A stretch of DNA of 63,426 nt, filler included, from Choristocarpus tenellus KU-1152 (lineage: Eukaryota > Protista > Phaeophyceae): assembly GCA_964200185.2 (NCBI GenBank). It is 11 parts of 11 records of this genome, joined end to end, with 100 filler letters (N's around TTAATTAATTAA, not from the genome) between each part and the next. Parts side by side here need not be neighbours in the genome. Positions count along the whole stretch, not along the records: positions 33,640 to 37,658 come from CAXNAD020016640.1; positions 37,759 to 44,970 come from CAXNAD020006524.1; positions 45,071 to 52,549 come from CAXNAD020006093.1; 8 more parts are not named here. The stretch is one strand, 5' to 3'. The position numbers were made by a program, and so were the translations under genes. Position 1 is the stretch's first letter. Each line of letters opens with the position of its first letter. Below are positions 36,625-51,049 of the stretch, one piece after another. Below the pieces are notes generated by a model. It saw only the letters and a list, made by a program, of their open reading frames with translations, made no database searches and had not been told where the DNA came from.

Positions 36625-39197
36625 GCGGTTCTAAGCTTCTTGGTGTCTGCAAGCAAGCAATAACAGTTACTGTTGATAGGCTTCAGAACGATATTAGTGT
36701 GCTTCAGTCTCCTAACGGTCCATCCACGCAGACGTAGACAGCACGGAGCATGCTTGTACAGAGGTGTGCATCAGCAGTAATTATCTAGGAAAAATTCTCA
36801 AATCTTTTGTCAGATACCAAAAAAGGGAAGTTCATGTACTGGTGTCATTCATGGTGATCATTTAGTAAGAGTTGTGAATAATGGTAAATGGTAAAGTGAA
36901 AGGTCCGTAGTATCAGATAAAAAGAGGTAACACTACCTTTGGCCCACAGACAGACACTATCAGCACGCACAAAGCACACACACACATGCCTCCTTACACT
37001 ATAAACCTCTTTTCTATGATTATGACAGTGTATTATGCATTACACGCACACAATATATAAATAAATAAATCAGCTACACAAAAAATCCAATTTCAAAATA
37101 CGTAACTCCAGAGCAGTCTTGTGTAAACACCCAGCAGCCCCTGTGAGTTTCACCATCTCAGCATTCTTTTAAGCCTGCCTATACAGAGGGCATGTGGCCC
37201 CAACTCAAATTTGAGTATCAACGCAATCAGAATCTACATCTCTATGTACTCCCGAGGCGAATCTGAAAATTATTGTCATAGGGCAGACCCCGCTGTTGCT
37301 TCCTGCACACATGCCCAGTGTGACCATGGACAGTTTGAAAAAGCAAAAAATCAAACATATTTTCATTGAAAACACACACCCTAACAGTCAATAGCTGTGC
37401 TCCAGTAAAACTGTACACACCAAAAAAGGGGCGCTCCCCGATCTCATGCATATGGATAGTTGTGCTACCTTCCATCAAACATACTTCCCCTCTTGTCATT
37501 GAGACCACCGGAACTAGTTTGATTCTCCTCCCCCTTACTCCATCTCCTCTTCCTCCTCCTTCTCCCACCTTCCAATCTGAGAACACAGAGCCCGAGCAAG
37601 TCCTCCTACAGCTGGCCCCCCACAAAAGTACACAACCTGTTGCATAGCATATGCCCCCNNNNNNNNNNNNNNNNNNNNNNNNNNNNNNNNNNNNNNNNNN
37701 NNTTAATTAATTAANNNNNNNNNNNNNNNNNNNNNNNNNNNNNNNNNNNNNNNNNNNNTCTTTCCATCCTGCCGCCGTTCTTCCCCCCCTCCTTCCGTTA
37801 CCCCCCCCCATCCCTTCCCCCCCCCCCCTACTCCCTGCCCCCCCTACACCCTCAGCCCCACCCCTACTAGTTTTTTCCATAATCCTGGGTTCACCCTGCA
37901 CATGGTTTGCAAGCAATGACAGCTGCTGTGGTGGTGGTAGTGTAGCCCTGGGTGTGGAACCATATGCCATTTGAATCGATGGCATAGCTAGCCCTGGCGA
38001 CGTCAGTGGCATCGGTGCCTGCAAAAAAAGGGTACAGCAGGTGAAGGGATGAGGTACACTCTGGAAGGTTTATGTGACAAAAAGAATGACATAATTTCAG
38101 TTTTTTGGGGGGGGAAGTCAAGCACATATGAGGCACCATTTTTTTTGTTTGTAACAAGAGTCAGAGCTCTCAGCAGTAGTTGCGGGTGAGATCGGACACT
38201 CTTTCAGTGAAAGGTAAAGCAATCAATGTCTTTTCAATTCTTACAGTTACAAGTACTCCAACGTACTATGTAGTCATTTGAATAGGAGAGTATCACAATC
38301 TCAAGGAGAGGAGGGTAATGCGGATCACACTTGGGTTAAATTGAAGTTGAAAGATGCCTCACCCTCCCACAGGAACACTCACTCTTGAAGCCCCTTTAGG
38401 TCACACATTGAAGTGAAAACAGATTTCGATCTTAAGCTGCAATAGGGAAGTATGTTGGTTATGGGCAAGGATGTGATGGGAGCTTGTGGCACTTGGACTG
38501 CTGTGAAGAGAGAGAATTAAGCAAACTATACCCCTTTGAAGTAACACACACCCACCTCCCTTCAAAAACAAGATCTTTCCACAAAAAAAAAGTGGTAGGA
38601 TGTCAGCTATGACCCTACATGTTTATGAGGAGTTCAATAGATCTATATTGATTGATGGTCCTCTTATTGCACCTCAAAACATGCATGGGAGATTTTTTTT
38701 TTGGAATGCACCATGCAAAACCACTATCACATGCAGAGCAGAGCCACAGGGCACCCCTGCCTGAAGAAAAAATTGCATCAAGTACTAACAACATCAACAT
38801 TGAAAAAAACGCCTGTCCAAGTGTGCACACGCCGAAGTTTGTCACACCTGAGCGTTGTTGGGGAGTGGGTCTGAAGATGTTGCACCCTCGGGGTCTTGTG
38901 CCTCAAGCTGGAGGTAAAAATACAACAAAAAAGGGCAGCAGTAACACACAGCACAAAAAAAAATATATATATATATATTCAACACAGAGGAAGGCATTCT
39001 TTACCAAGTACGAAAAATCTGGGGTAACGTTTTGTCAGCAGTCTCCCCCCTTGCCCCCTTCCAATCCTGACCAAAATATACGTAAGATATAGGATTGATC
39101 TCCACAACACTGGCAATCTAGAGCTCTTGTACGTCCAAGCAGTTTTCTCACCTTTCATTGGGCACAGATCATCGTCGGCATCTGATCAATGGGCTGA

Positions 39198-41496
39198 TCA
39201 GTTCACTTGCTCTATAGCCTACAAAGAGAACGTCACTCCATGCACACTGTACATTAGTGCGTAGATTTGGTGCGGACACCAAAATATCATGGGGAAAGGT
39301 GAAAAGATCCCTTCTGTTTCTTCTTGGGATGGAGGAAAGGATTGCAATAACAAATTAGCACCCTCGTAGGGTAGAGACAGGGTATGCTGGCGGCACATCA
39401 AGAGGCATTCAAGGCATGATCCGGCAACACCACATCCCATTACGATTTCTGGTCCACCTATGAGGTACACTATTGGTACCAGTCAGGAATAGGACAAGTA
39501 CCGGTACCTGCAAGCGGAAGGCTTTGAGCTCTGCCTTGGTCAGGAATCTCCCCCCTGGCCCACGCACACGCCTGCAAGCATGGTCATGGCGGGACTTGTG
39601 CAGGTAGGACTTCGCGCCGATTCAGGTCAGGTCAGTGGAGGGATGGGGGGGAAGCGGAGGGTGCAAGGTGACAAGAACAGACAAAACGGAGAAAGGGGCA
39701 AGATGAGTAAAGCACTCCCAAAGCACATAGGGCCATGGGGTGCGTGTCCACGGGGGAAGGAAATGGTAGTCTCTGCGAGGATCAGTTGATGCATAATCTT
39801 GTCCATCGCATTGCTCTAGTCAGGTGAACCAATGCTCTACTGTGTGGTGAAGTTTGCTTACGTTCATCACCCCACTAGATGTCGATAACCAAGACGTTGC
39901 AACCAAGTCTTTTGTATCTATTTGTTTTTGCTCTTTCTATAAGCTGTAACCACAGATGTCACCACATCTACCACCATTACACATCCACAAGGCAAAGTCA
40001 AGCAAGGTGAGGCAATGCTGGAACAAATTACACCACAGATCGGTAACCAAACGACCTAGATACCTTGCGTTGTTGCGTACCTTGCGTTGCTGGGGAACTT
40101 TCTTCCGAGCCTCCAGCTTAGCCCTCGCCTGGCGACGCTTGATTATCCTACTATACTGCTTGGCATTGACATAAGTGGGTTGCTCTTCCATGACCTGAGG
40201 TGTGTGAGGGTGTCAAAGAGGCGACATGCAGTACAAGCACCCACACAGCAAAGATACGCTCATGATACAGACCAAGACAGAATGGCTGCATCAACAACTA
40301 TATAATAGATCATTCTAACTGGAAGGCATGCTTGACTTGGGGCGAACTTTAATGCCATGGGTGCAGTGGTTGCAATGGCGTGGCAGTGAGGTGGTGTCAG
40401 GAGCACAACTGTTCTAGAGTGTCGGTGGGGTAAGAAAGAGTCTGTTGTTTCAAGTTACCAATGTAGCTGCTGTGCTTTGCCATAGAATCACTGCCCCTAC
40501 ACAATGTCCATTCCCACGAACATAGGAGGACAAACACTATGGATGGCTTTGCAATGGTTGACCACTTTGACCGACTGACTTGACAGGGAGATCATCAGCC
40601 ATTCCTGCAGACTTTGTGATATACAGCCATAATATATGTGCTATAGGATTAGTGAGTGATATCCACCATAAGCGGACGACGATCTTTGAAAGACAATTTC
40701 AGCAGTAGAAGGGGGTATGCATGTGTGTGTGTGGCGACACACGCATGTACACATACCTCGGTCGGTAGTGGCACTCGAGCATAGTTGGCAGGAAGCTGCG
40801 AGCCTGCCGAAACCATGTATGGCATCATCATCATTGCAGGGTTCTGCTGCATTGCAGCTGCATACATCTGCATTTGGAGATATGTGTACAATAATGCAGA
40901 GGTGTAAGTTGTGGGTGTGGTAGGGATGAGTCCCAGTGTCACCTTGCGATGTTTATTTTCAATGGTATCTATACTCGGGAAAATATTCATTTCATGGATA
41001 CAGCTGCGGCGAAGGTCTGAATTTGAGGTGGGGTAGGCTGATATGCAGAGTTGTGGCCCCACTCAATCCGGAAATGCGCACAATCATAGCGCACTAGATT
41101 TCATTAAGCATCAAAATGAAAAACAGGAGTGGAAATACCAACCATCATCTGCTGTTGCTGTGCTTGCAGTGCCTCCGCTTGGTGTTGCTGTTCGTGGTGT
41201 TGTGCCTCAAGTTGGTGTTGGTGCTGCTGAATATGTTGCGTCGCTTCTTGTTGCTGTTGCAGGTGTTGCTGAACTTCTTGTTTTTGCTGCTGTTGCAGGT
41301 GTTGCTGAACTTCTTGTTTTTGCTTCTGGTGCTGGTGCTGTTGCTGTTGCTGTTGCTGTTGCTGGTGCTGCTGATGATGGTGGGACTCCTGTTGAAGGGG
41401 CTGGTGTTGGCGATGCTGTTGGAACTGCTGTTGTTGGTGTTGCTGCTGCTGCATCTGCTGTTGCTGGAGCCCTGCCGCCTGCTGGGGGTGCTCCAT
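39198..41496 (-). CDS. NFYA: Nuclear transcription factor Y subunit A (CBF-B/HAP2); exons 41496-41143, 40867-40757, 40194-40081, 39609-39508, 39218-39198
   Basis: Gln-rich N-terminus, then EEQPTYVNAKQYSRIIKRRQARAKLE and SYLHKSRHDHACRRVRGPGGRFLT, the canonical NF-YA core. All joins are phase-0 GT-AG; the protein ends AIEQVN*. Confidence 0.95.
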
Positions 41497-42800
41497 GCTG
41501 AAAACGAGGGAAACATGATCGACAGACCTCGTAAGATTGGCGAGTGTCATGAGGGTTTTTGATCGACTTCGAGGACGGTGCAGGGTCTCTAGATCGAATA
41601 CACCTATTGTACCTCCCCATGATTGCCAGATCGAGAATAGTAGTTGTGGTGTATAAACCAAAACATGAAAGGGTGTTGTAGACTGTAAGGGAAGCACGTG
41701 CTTCAAGTAGAGGTTGTCTCTTCGATACTCACGTTCACCTGCCGGTCACCAAATCTTCAAGTTTGAAAAGGTGGGGATGTTTTCCGTCCACAACGTGCAC
41801 ATATATGGTGAGGGGGCTCCTATTGTCAAATGTAACCTACGAAAAATAACGTGTAGTTGGAGGTGTGAGGGGTAAGGGTGCCAAATAGGTATGCCTAACC
41901 TGGGGAAGATTTTGCTTGAGTCTTGTGTACAAGGTTGGTAAACACGAGCAATTAAGGCCTCCTACCCTTGAGCTAACAACGTAAGGGAGTTCTGCAGTCA
42001 GGGGCCAGATAAAGTTGGGAAGGGTGTTCCAAGTCGCCCCAAAACGCGTAGCGGACACACACACAGTTCAAAAAAGAGGGGAAGGGGCTGATTGTAGGAG
42101 ACCTCTCTTCTGGTTGGAGGACGGACCCAAAAACATTTGTTTACCCTCTCCGCCCACCTCTGATTGGCGATGGTATATTGTCCGCTGAAGGTATACCCGA
42201 TTTTGCACGGAAGATGACATCTTTGATGGTGGATCAAATTGTTGAGTCCGCATCACTCGACAACAGACCTTTTCTTGGTTGTGCTTGCCCCCTGTATAAA
42301 AGTCTGAAATCATCTTGGGCTTGCTTATAAATCCAGTGCGCTACTATCACTGCAGTTGGCGCTAGTAACATATACGGGTGTAATAACTCGTTGTGCAAGT
42401 GTGCAGGTGGTATTTGTTTTTGGACCTGTGCCTCCTTCGACTAGTTCACTCATGTGTTGTGTGGATGCTATTTTGAATTGCGGATTATTGGTCGAATCTC
42501 TTGCCATAAGGCGTTGTCTTCGTCTACTTCTGCGATTGAATTACTCATGACTCACGATTATGTTTGTGACTTTCACCAAGAAGGTTTCTAACAGCCAGAA
42601 AGGGATACAATCCGAGGATGGGTTTGCAGTGTTACGCAATATAGACCACGACATTGTTACCAATCATTGCTTCTGAATAAAAAGGCATCGCTGTGGGTTC
42701 ACCTTTCAACTGTTGGCTGCTCAACTTGGCTGCAGACCAGCTCTTGCTTGTTTTTCTTGCAAACTTCTCACAATGCCCCACACTATTTTTAACAGAAACC

Positions 42801-43818
42801 ATGCCTGGAGGAGGGGAGATCAAGGAACCTCCTTTGAAACGACAACGTGGGGAGAGAGGAGGGATTCATCAGAAGAAGGCGAGTTCCATCCTCGATGGTG
42901 GTCATGGACTTGGGAAGACGATCAACACCAGTGAACGAGGTAACATTTCGTTCGAAGGTTGTCAATATGCTCCACAAAATGCCCGAGTATGTGCCCTAAT
43001 AGTGTACTTTCGAACACGAGTGCGAGGAAGGATGTTTGCGGAGCCCTTCTTATATGCTCTCATTTCATATGCAATCTGTTTAAAGCAACGCTTTTTCTCG
43101 CTGGGATCTTGCACACTCCACGACCTGCAGCATGGGAACTTGTCACCATTTCCAACCATGTTCCACATACTAATCGCACCGTGTCCATTCTTTTGTCGCC
43201 CAGATAGTGCTAGCAGTAGATCTCGCGTTGATCTTCAGCAGGGGCCACCCAGCGGGGGCACAGGCTCCGGTAGGGCAGATCCCTGTTCTATCCCCTTCGA
43301 AGGCCCCCATGGCCTCCCACTAGCATTCAACTACTGGGCGGGGAAAGCCCCAGCATCTCAGGTTTGTGGCTCTTGTCTCCATTTCAGGTTACTCAGTGCA
43401 AAGCTTGTGAGACGCGTGATGTTATCACTCGTGCTCTTTCTGTCCTCCTTCATGCTCCGTTCCGCTTGTGATGCTCTCATGACAACCAGCTCCCTGCCTT
43501 CCAGTTCATTCACCTCTCATTGACTCAAGTTTCTATTCCCAAGGTGAAATATTGTAGAAGTGTTCAATTGTACCACTGCAATTCTCTATGCCCACCACAG
43601 GCATAAGCATTGTTTATGAGACAAGTTTTTCTGTGATGAAACAGGTCCTAACCTCAGAGGTACAGCGTCTTGTGGTCTCTGTCCTCATGGGAAGTCCCAT
43701 GCCAGCATTTGCAGGGTCTTGGGACAAGGTCAGGAAAGGGTTTGAGCCGAAGAGGGTAGCGGTGGCCTGCGTATCCGGTATTGGCATGGCTGATGCAAAA
43801 CAGGAGTTCATGTCTGGG
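42801..43818 (+). CDS. 5' exons (42801-42939, 43204-43361, 43645-43818) of a gene resembling the N-terminus of REX1/REXO5/SDN5-type RNA exonucleases
   Basis: Phase-consistent GT-AG exons with an NLS-like PPLKRQR. EVQRLVVSVLMGSPMPAF...KRVAVACVSGI resembles the D(V/L)xxLVxxVL...P.W...KVVxxxVPG(L) block of that family. The catalytic domain is not in this contig. Confidence 0.5.
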
Positions 43819-44864
43819 GTGAGTATCAGGAAACTGGAGATTCTTATCTTTTCGACTACCTGTACTGAGTAGACCAGTCTGATGAGGTTGTTCTGAGAGT
43901 ATGTATGATGGTTTGAATAAACCTCTTTTGTTCCTGCTACTCACTACACAACCGAGTGTATATTATGTAACGCTTGCTTTGAGAACAGCAGTTTCATTGG
44001 GGGTTTTCGCGCAAGATGTTAAGGGTAAGGGAATCGAGTATAGGTGGACGGTATTCAGAATACTTACAATAGATATCAGTGTGACAGGCCTCTTACGCAA
44101 TACAGATGAAGGGGTTGAAAGGAAGCAAGGGAGGGAGGGAGGGATGTGGAGTATTGTCATGAAAGTTATGTAGACATGTGTGCTACGCCATCCATTTTTG
44201 AAGTGAACCATATTTGAACATTGCAAATATCAGGATTTGAACTTGATGATCCAAAGAAGGGTTGGTCAAGCAATGTACTGCCCCTGCCACTGTGGTGGAG
44301 ACGGCAGAGGGTGTTTGGTGTACATTTCTGCTTCGAAGTATAATTAATGTGATCTTAGACCCACTTTGCTTTTCTGGGTTAGGGTTACAGGGTGAAAGGG
44401 TTAGGGTTAGGGTTGACTTCTTGTTTCAACCAGAGCCCTTCTATTTATGGTCTTTCATGTCACAATGCCTTTGTTTTTGCAACAGACCAGTTCTCTATGG
44501 TGTACTAGTACATATGCATGTACCATGGGAACATTACCTTGACAGCTGTGGGTGCAGAACAAGAGAAAGCAAATGGCTCTCATCTCATCTCTTAAGTGGG
44601 TCATATCCCTTTGTCAATTTTCTTGGCACTGGGATGGCTGTGACCCCTCAAGAAAGAAAAGAGCACAGTGTGCTGCTGGACTTAAGGCGATACGTGAGAG
44701 TTCAAGTGATGGGTGTTGTGAATTGTGTTTGAATAGGGGATAGGGATTAGGGATGAGCATCTAGACTCGAGTTTGGACAATAACAACAGAAACCTAGCGT
44801 TATAGTTTAAGGCGTCCTTACCAGAGTGTCTTGTTGATTTTCAAGTCTCTGAATTCAATTAATC

Positions 44865-44901
<37 letters not shown>

Positions 44902-45679
44902 CCCCCCCTCCTTCCCCCTCCCCCTCTCGTTTCTTGTATCTATTTTGTTTTTTACTTTTGTGCTGACCCTNNNNNNNNNNNNNNNNNNNNNNNNNNNNNN
45001 NNNNNNNNNNNNNNTTAATTAATTAANNNNNNNNNNNNNNNNNNNNNNNNNNNNNNNNNNNNNNNNNNNNGGGGGGACGACTTGTGGGTGACGACTTGTG
45101 GGTGACTCACACTTCAACCCGGATAGTTCAAACATAAATAAAAACAATAACCCTAACCCTAACACTTTTCATAACACGACGGAGTAGCTGCGGCAACGGT
45201 TTCATCTGGTTGTGAGAGATGAGTTTACCCTTCACACCAAAAGAACCCACCGCCTTCAGCATTTACATTCAACAACAGTCCCATCACACCAACCAACCCT
45301 CTCAAGACAACAAGAGGCACTACTTGTTACCTACAAACTCTGCTCTCTTGCAAAGTAACCTTCAAACCCTCCATGCTCATCAGTAGAGCAAGCAGTATAC
45401 CTTTTTGGCCCAACCTAGTACCCTAACCCTGTCTCACTGCCATAGCACGAATTCACAGCGTATCAATGGGTTGGTGACTATGGCTACCCAATATATGTGA
45501 AACCCTGAGCCCTGCCTACGCCGCTAAAAACTTGGTCTCATCAAACCATGCAGAATATTTCTTGTCCTCATCATCGTAGTGTAGGTTCTTTATCAGATGC
45601 TTGCAGTACAGGTCTACTTTATTTTACTTGGGATTACATTTCCTCAACATCATTCAGCGATACCACCTCTCCCTGTGAG

Positions 45680-45900
45680 ATACAGCTGCAAATAACACTA
45701 GATGAAACTAATAATTAAATTAAATACAGCTACTAATAACACTAGATAAACTAATAATAATATTAAATACAGCTACTAATAACACTAGATAAACTAGTAA
45801 TATTAAATACAACTAATATTAATATTAAATACAGCTGCTAATAACACTAGATAAACTAATATTAATATTAAATACAGCTACTAATAACACTAGATAAACT
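45680..45900. repeat. AT-rich minisatellite (about 40-45-bp unit AAATACAGCTACTAATAACACTAGATAAACTAAT...), about 5 copies
   Basis: Directly visible. Confidence 0.9.
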
Positions 45901-46477
45901 GATAATAATAGTAAATACAAAAACTAACAACAATAGCAACAAATGGAAAGGAGAGGCAACATGATCCCACCACAGCACACAGTCACCATGGTCAAGGGAG
46001 ACAACACATCTGACATCCTCTATCACTGCAGTCATGAAGCAAGAAGCAAAGAGACTCAAGTTGAAGTTGTTTGGGGGCGTGAGCGGATGCAGATGAAGTA
46101 GTTGTTAGCTGTAGCTCATGACCTGTTACATGTAAACTCTCCTTCCGGGTCTCTTTCCTCCACCTTTACTCCACCTCTAGCACATTGGCCTCCTTTACTT
46201 TTTTAAAAAAACAGGACCAACCTGCGACAATCCTTTACTTCAAAAAAAAAAAGTCCTTCACCCCTCGTCCAAGAGCTGGTCTCTCACGCCATCAATGCCT
46301 CCTTCTCAAGAGCTGTGTGTGCGTACACACCATATTGCCGTATAGAATTTTTTTTAACATAAAAGAAGCTATTGTTAACATAAACGCCACCACTGCTCTA
46401 CAAAAACTAAAACCACACTTACAAAACATACATACCCCATACCCTTCATTCAGAACAAGCGGAGGCATTTTTTGTCC

Positions 46478-46960
46478 ACACTACATACTACATATATACT
46501 ACATACATACTACATATACACTACATACACACTACATACATACTACATACATACTACATACACACTACATACACACTACATACATACTACATACACACTA
46601 CATACACACTACATACATACTACATACATACTACATACTACATACACACTACATACACACTACATACATACTACATACATACTACATACTACATACATAC
46701 TACATACATACTACATACATACTACATACATACTACATACATACTACATACATACTACATACATACTACATACATACTACATACACACTACATACACACT
46801 ACATACATACTACATACATACTACATACACACTACATACATACTACATACATACTACATACATACTACATACATACTACATACATACTACATACACACTA
46901 CATACATACCACATACATACCACATACATACCACATACATACTACATACATACTACATAT
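46478..46960. repeat. 11-bp minisatellite (CATAC(A/T)... e.g. CTACATACATA / CTACATACACA), about 44 units
   Basis: Directly visible; stop-free on the + strand, producing the spurious HTTYILHTYYI ORFs. Confidence 0.95.
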
Positions 46961-47910
46961 ATTCCTTCGCATCACTGCGGAAACATCTTCTGTAGGAGGA
47001 GTCAGGGTTAGGGATGGTAACATAGCTGTAGGATTCCTCGTGAAAAATGGGGGCATGTAAAGCTCTCAACTACAACGGTATGCCCACCACCATGCCACTG
47101 AGGAGGAGACAAACACGAACCTGCAACAGGTGTATCAATACGCCTCATCTCTCTACAAGGACTGCACCGCATCAGTATTTTGTGCCTTCCACTTGCGTAT
47201 TCCACACTTACTGTCAATATTATTGTGGTACTTTTACTACACTACTTTTGCCACTACACTTGAGAGTCGTGCCTTATCAACACACACAAACACGCACACA
47301 TATACATAAAACTAAAAACATAACAATGTGAAAGTTATCCCACACAAAACCAATCGCAGGGGGTTCCAATACACTCCACAAAATTCAGAAGGGGACTGAC
47401 TGCAGAACAACACCAGCAACCCCGGACCGGCTAGCTTAAAAAAAAAAAAATCCGTTTTTATCACATGTCTCGAACACCGCCGCCGTCAGAGGTATAAAAA
47501 TAAAAATACAAATAAAAATACAAATAACCAAAGCACCTACACCGCCACCTTTTTTTGTCATTTGGTCAAAAAATAAAAAATAAACCGCAGTGGACTACTT
47601 CGCCACCTCCGACACCGACACGGTACACACCACGGAGGCCGCATTCCAACAGGATGCTTGCTTGCTCTCCACAGGCCGCCTTTACTCTTCCCACCCGAAC
47701 CCACCGCCGCCGACACGTGACACTCGACAAGAAACCAACTGCTTCCCAGGAGGATAGTATTCAAATGGAGCAGGTATCGGAAATGGAGTAGGCATCGGAA
47801 ATGCAGCAATCCAAATGCACTGAACACTACCCTGAAACCACTCAACAAGTAGGGTATCGGAAAGGTGAAACGGCGCAGTAGGCACCACCGTGCAGAATGA
47901 ATTACTCTCG

Positions 47911-48034
47911 GGCAATTAATTACAAGAGTAACTACACTTCAGGCAATTAATTACAAGAGTAACTACACTTCAGGCAATTAATTACTAGAGTAACTACACT
48001 TCAGGCAATTAATTACAAGAGCAACCACACTTCG
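47911..48034. repeat. 31-bp tandem repeat x4 (GGCAATTAATTACAAGAGTAACTACACTTCA)
   Basis: Units start at 47911, 47942, 47973 and 48004; no spacers between units. Confidence 0.95.
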
Positions 48035-48287
48035 GGCAAAGCAAATCGGAACGGTGATGGAGTCAACCTCAAACGATCAGTCGTACTCAGTACTGCAACA
48101 TACCTTTCTGATTTTTAAATGTCCATTGCTACTACCGTCTAGGGTCTGTAACGTCTTTTAACGATCTTTTGTCGGAGGGATGTCAAGCGCCGTTCACTCC
48201 AAAACGATAGGCGAACTGCCAAGGAACAATTCTCACTTCCCCATCTGCTAGATTACCGTTTTCACAAAGCAGTCCACACACACACAA

Positions 48288-48318
<31 letters not shown>

Positions 48319-51049
48319 CACACGTGTATATATGTACTACTCTTCTTTCCCACCGTTGTCGATCATTCAAAACGTTAGGGAACAAGAAACAGATAAAAAA
48401 AAAATCAAGAAAAGAAACACACTAGTAAAAAAATAAAAAAAAGAATACGCTCCAGAGGACACCCATCGATCTCGCTCAAAACATAGGCTGTCCAACAGGA
48501 GGCTCTCTATCTCATTTGAAACTATACCATTATTAATCACGGAGAGGGCGGTATCGCTGTATATAGTGTCCCCTGCACAGACAATGCTTCCTTGCATGTA
48601 CAACACGAGCATTACATTGTTCAAGGTGCAGAGGTAGCACACACACATACACATACACATAGGCACAGATTTCCACATCAAAGCACGTAAATTCTATCCA
48701 GACACATTCATGGTGTACTTCTCCACCCTTCTGATTGGTGATTGATTCCTCACCTCTAGGACCGACAGCCTCACGATCTGCACGTCATCAGAATCCAGAG
48801 TGGCACATCCAGACTCTTGTGCCAATAGCCCACCCATGGGGAGCATCCATGGAGCTGCAGCATATCGAGCATAGTGTACCTGCACAGCTCAACCATCAAA
48901 TGGGTCAAGTTCAACGACAACATCAAACCCCATCAAGACACCTCAAAATGTATGTGTGAAGGTCCTACCCACAGCTGCCTAGACTATAATTCAAGTCATT
49001 TCCAATGTTTTGTCTGTGCAGGGTGCAGAGCTGATACAATAGTATGTTGTTCTAGTAGTGCTGAAGACGACAATTGAATGCCCTCAGTGAAAGCTGCAAG
49101 GAAACGCCTCGACTTTTTCTGACAGGTCGAAGACGACACGTCTAGTACAGTACAAACCTTATAGCTGTTTACTGTCATTATTACTATTACAATTACCAGG
49201 GAACTTGGCACAACAATAGGGTTTGTTCACTCAAGAAGGGGGATACATCGTTCATAACGAAGAATTACTGTAGGCATTTTTTTTGTTTTCCAATGCGAAT
49301 ACAAATGCACAACAAGTATGCACACACCTGGCACATCTTAATCTTGGGATCCTTAGTGGAAGGGGTGAACTTGTCAACTGAGACAGGAATCCACATGAAT
49401 CCTTCCTGGATCAGTGGTCAGAGGAAACAGGACTCACAGAGTGAGGGATAAAATGTTGCAAGAACGGGATCCGGTTGTGTTGGTGATGGTTGTGTTCGTG
49501 TACTTGCAGGTAATAAATAAGCTGTTGCACACAAGGTAGTAAAAAATTCTTCTCGCCTCAGAGTGTTATGAAACGTCTTATGATCGGGAAGAAATATATT
49601 TGGGGAGGAATGAATAGTGTCACTTTCGCTACAACACATTTCTAAAGTGATGGTACTCGAGAACTACCATGCCTCACCTTCACCGTGTCCAGATCGATGG
49701 AAGGCAACTCTTGCTTGTCGAAGTCATACAGCATTGCTGCCTCCCCTACTTTATTTCCCTGCTTGTTCCTCTTTGGTTTATTCTGGACTGGTGCTCGATC
49801 TCTTACCCCTGTTGCCTTTGTGGGTGCTCCACCTTCCTCTATGGATAAAAGTCAACAGGAAGGACGTTACAGGACGTAGAGGGGATAACAAAAGGATTGT
49901 GTTGGAAAGGAAGCCAAAATTGATGGTTACCCGCTGTGTCTAGAAGACAATTTTGAAAGACAATTTTGAAAGACTTCGAACGTGTCACATCCAAGAATAT
50001 CATTTTCAATAAAGTTTCCTTGAGGCTTGGCGGAGGATGGTCTTGCGCGCACAGGTCTAACATTTGAAACTCGCCAGTCAACTTTTTTGAGCTCTGTTGT
50101 GGTTGTCTCAGCTTCACCTCGAATTGTTTTGCCCTTTCCTTCATCCCCTGGATCTCCGCCTGTTGCGCGGAAACCGTACGTGACACGAGCGATTGAATCT
50201 CCATTCAACAGGTCAGTTTCCTTCCTTCGACGATGAGATGCCATCCTCAAAAATCGCATCCTGCGGAGAAGGGCATTTTCTGGTTAAGGTTGAAAAATTG
50301 TTTATGGCGTAGTTACTTCTTTAGTGGAAGCTGCTGGTCATACATCAACTGTGGTTGGTGATAACAGTGCTTTGCGACGTATTAGTGACTTTGGATACTA
50401 AGCCCCGGTAATGCACTACAGATATAATAAAGTAGGCTCACGTTGCAAATACCCCCAAGAAGAGCACAATCGTAACCACTCTCTTAGGCAATGTCCCCCG
50501 TGATGGAGCCATGTTATTCCAGCCTGGTTCCCCCTCTTCTGGTTGTACAAGCTAGACCAAGTCCCTTTTCTTCTGAGAGGTTGGGAACTTCAGATATTGA
50601 ATTTAGAAATATTGGTCCACTCTGGGGTACTCTGTCTACACAAGCAAGCGCAGCATCTATCCATGTGCTGGAAGATAGGTTACTTACTACCAATGATCGA
50701 AGGTTGACACCTCAACAATTCTATAGTTGTTGTGTAGGTATATATTCTGGTATAATATTGAGGATGGATGTCTACAAACATCATGATTTTCGCATCATCT
50801 ATAACGTTATAAGAATATCCAGGTTCGAACCTCCTTCATTCATTACTTGACCTTTTCTTCCCAGAATTTTGACATTTTTTGTGGACTATATGAGAAGTAC
50901 ATTATTGGAAAGGCACACTTACTTTGTGACAAACGATCTTGTGCTAACAAACAAAAAGGGACAGCTGGAAAGATCTGGATCGATGAGGTGAAGTTTTAAA
51001 ACTTCACACAACCTCCAGACTGTCCAGAATTGGAGAGACGTGTCGACTG

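Noticed and set aside
37759-38020. Pro/Gln-rich minus-strand exon as an extension of NF-YA
   Set aside because: NF-YA already terminates at 39198 via an in-frame final exon. This segment may belong to another gene but cannot be assigned.
41043-41620. Overlapping poly-Ala, poly-Leu and poly-Ser ORFs in several frames
   Set aside because: Shadow frames of the CAG/CAA-rich NF-YA exon.
41497-42800. CCAAT/ATTGG boxes upstream of NF-YA suggesting autoregulation
   Set aside because: A few occurrences of a 5-mer in 1.3 kb is about chance expectation.
46185-47060. 291-aa and 179-aa His/Thr/Tyr-rich ORFs
   Set aside because: Produced by an 11-bp minisatellite that lacks stop codons on this strand.
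47911-48034. 31-bp direct repeats resembling a CRISPR array
   Set aside because: Units are contiguous with no unique spacers, there are no cas genes, and the context is eukaryotic.
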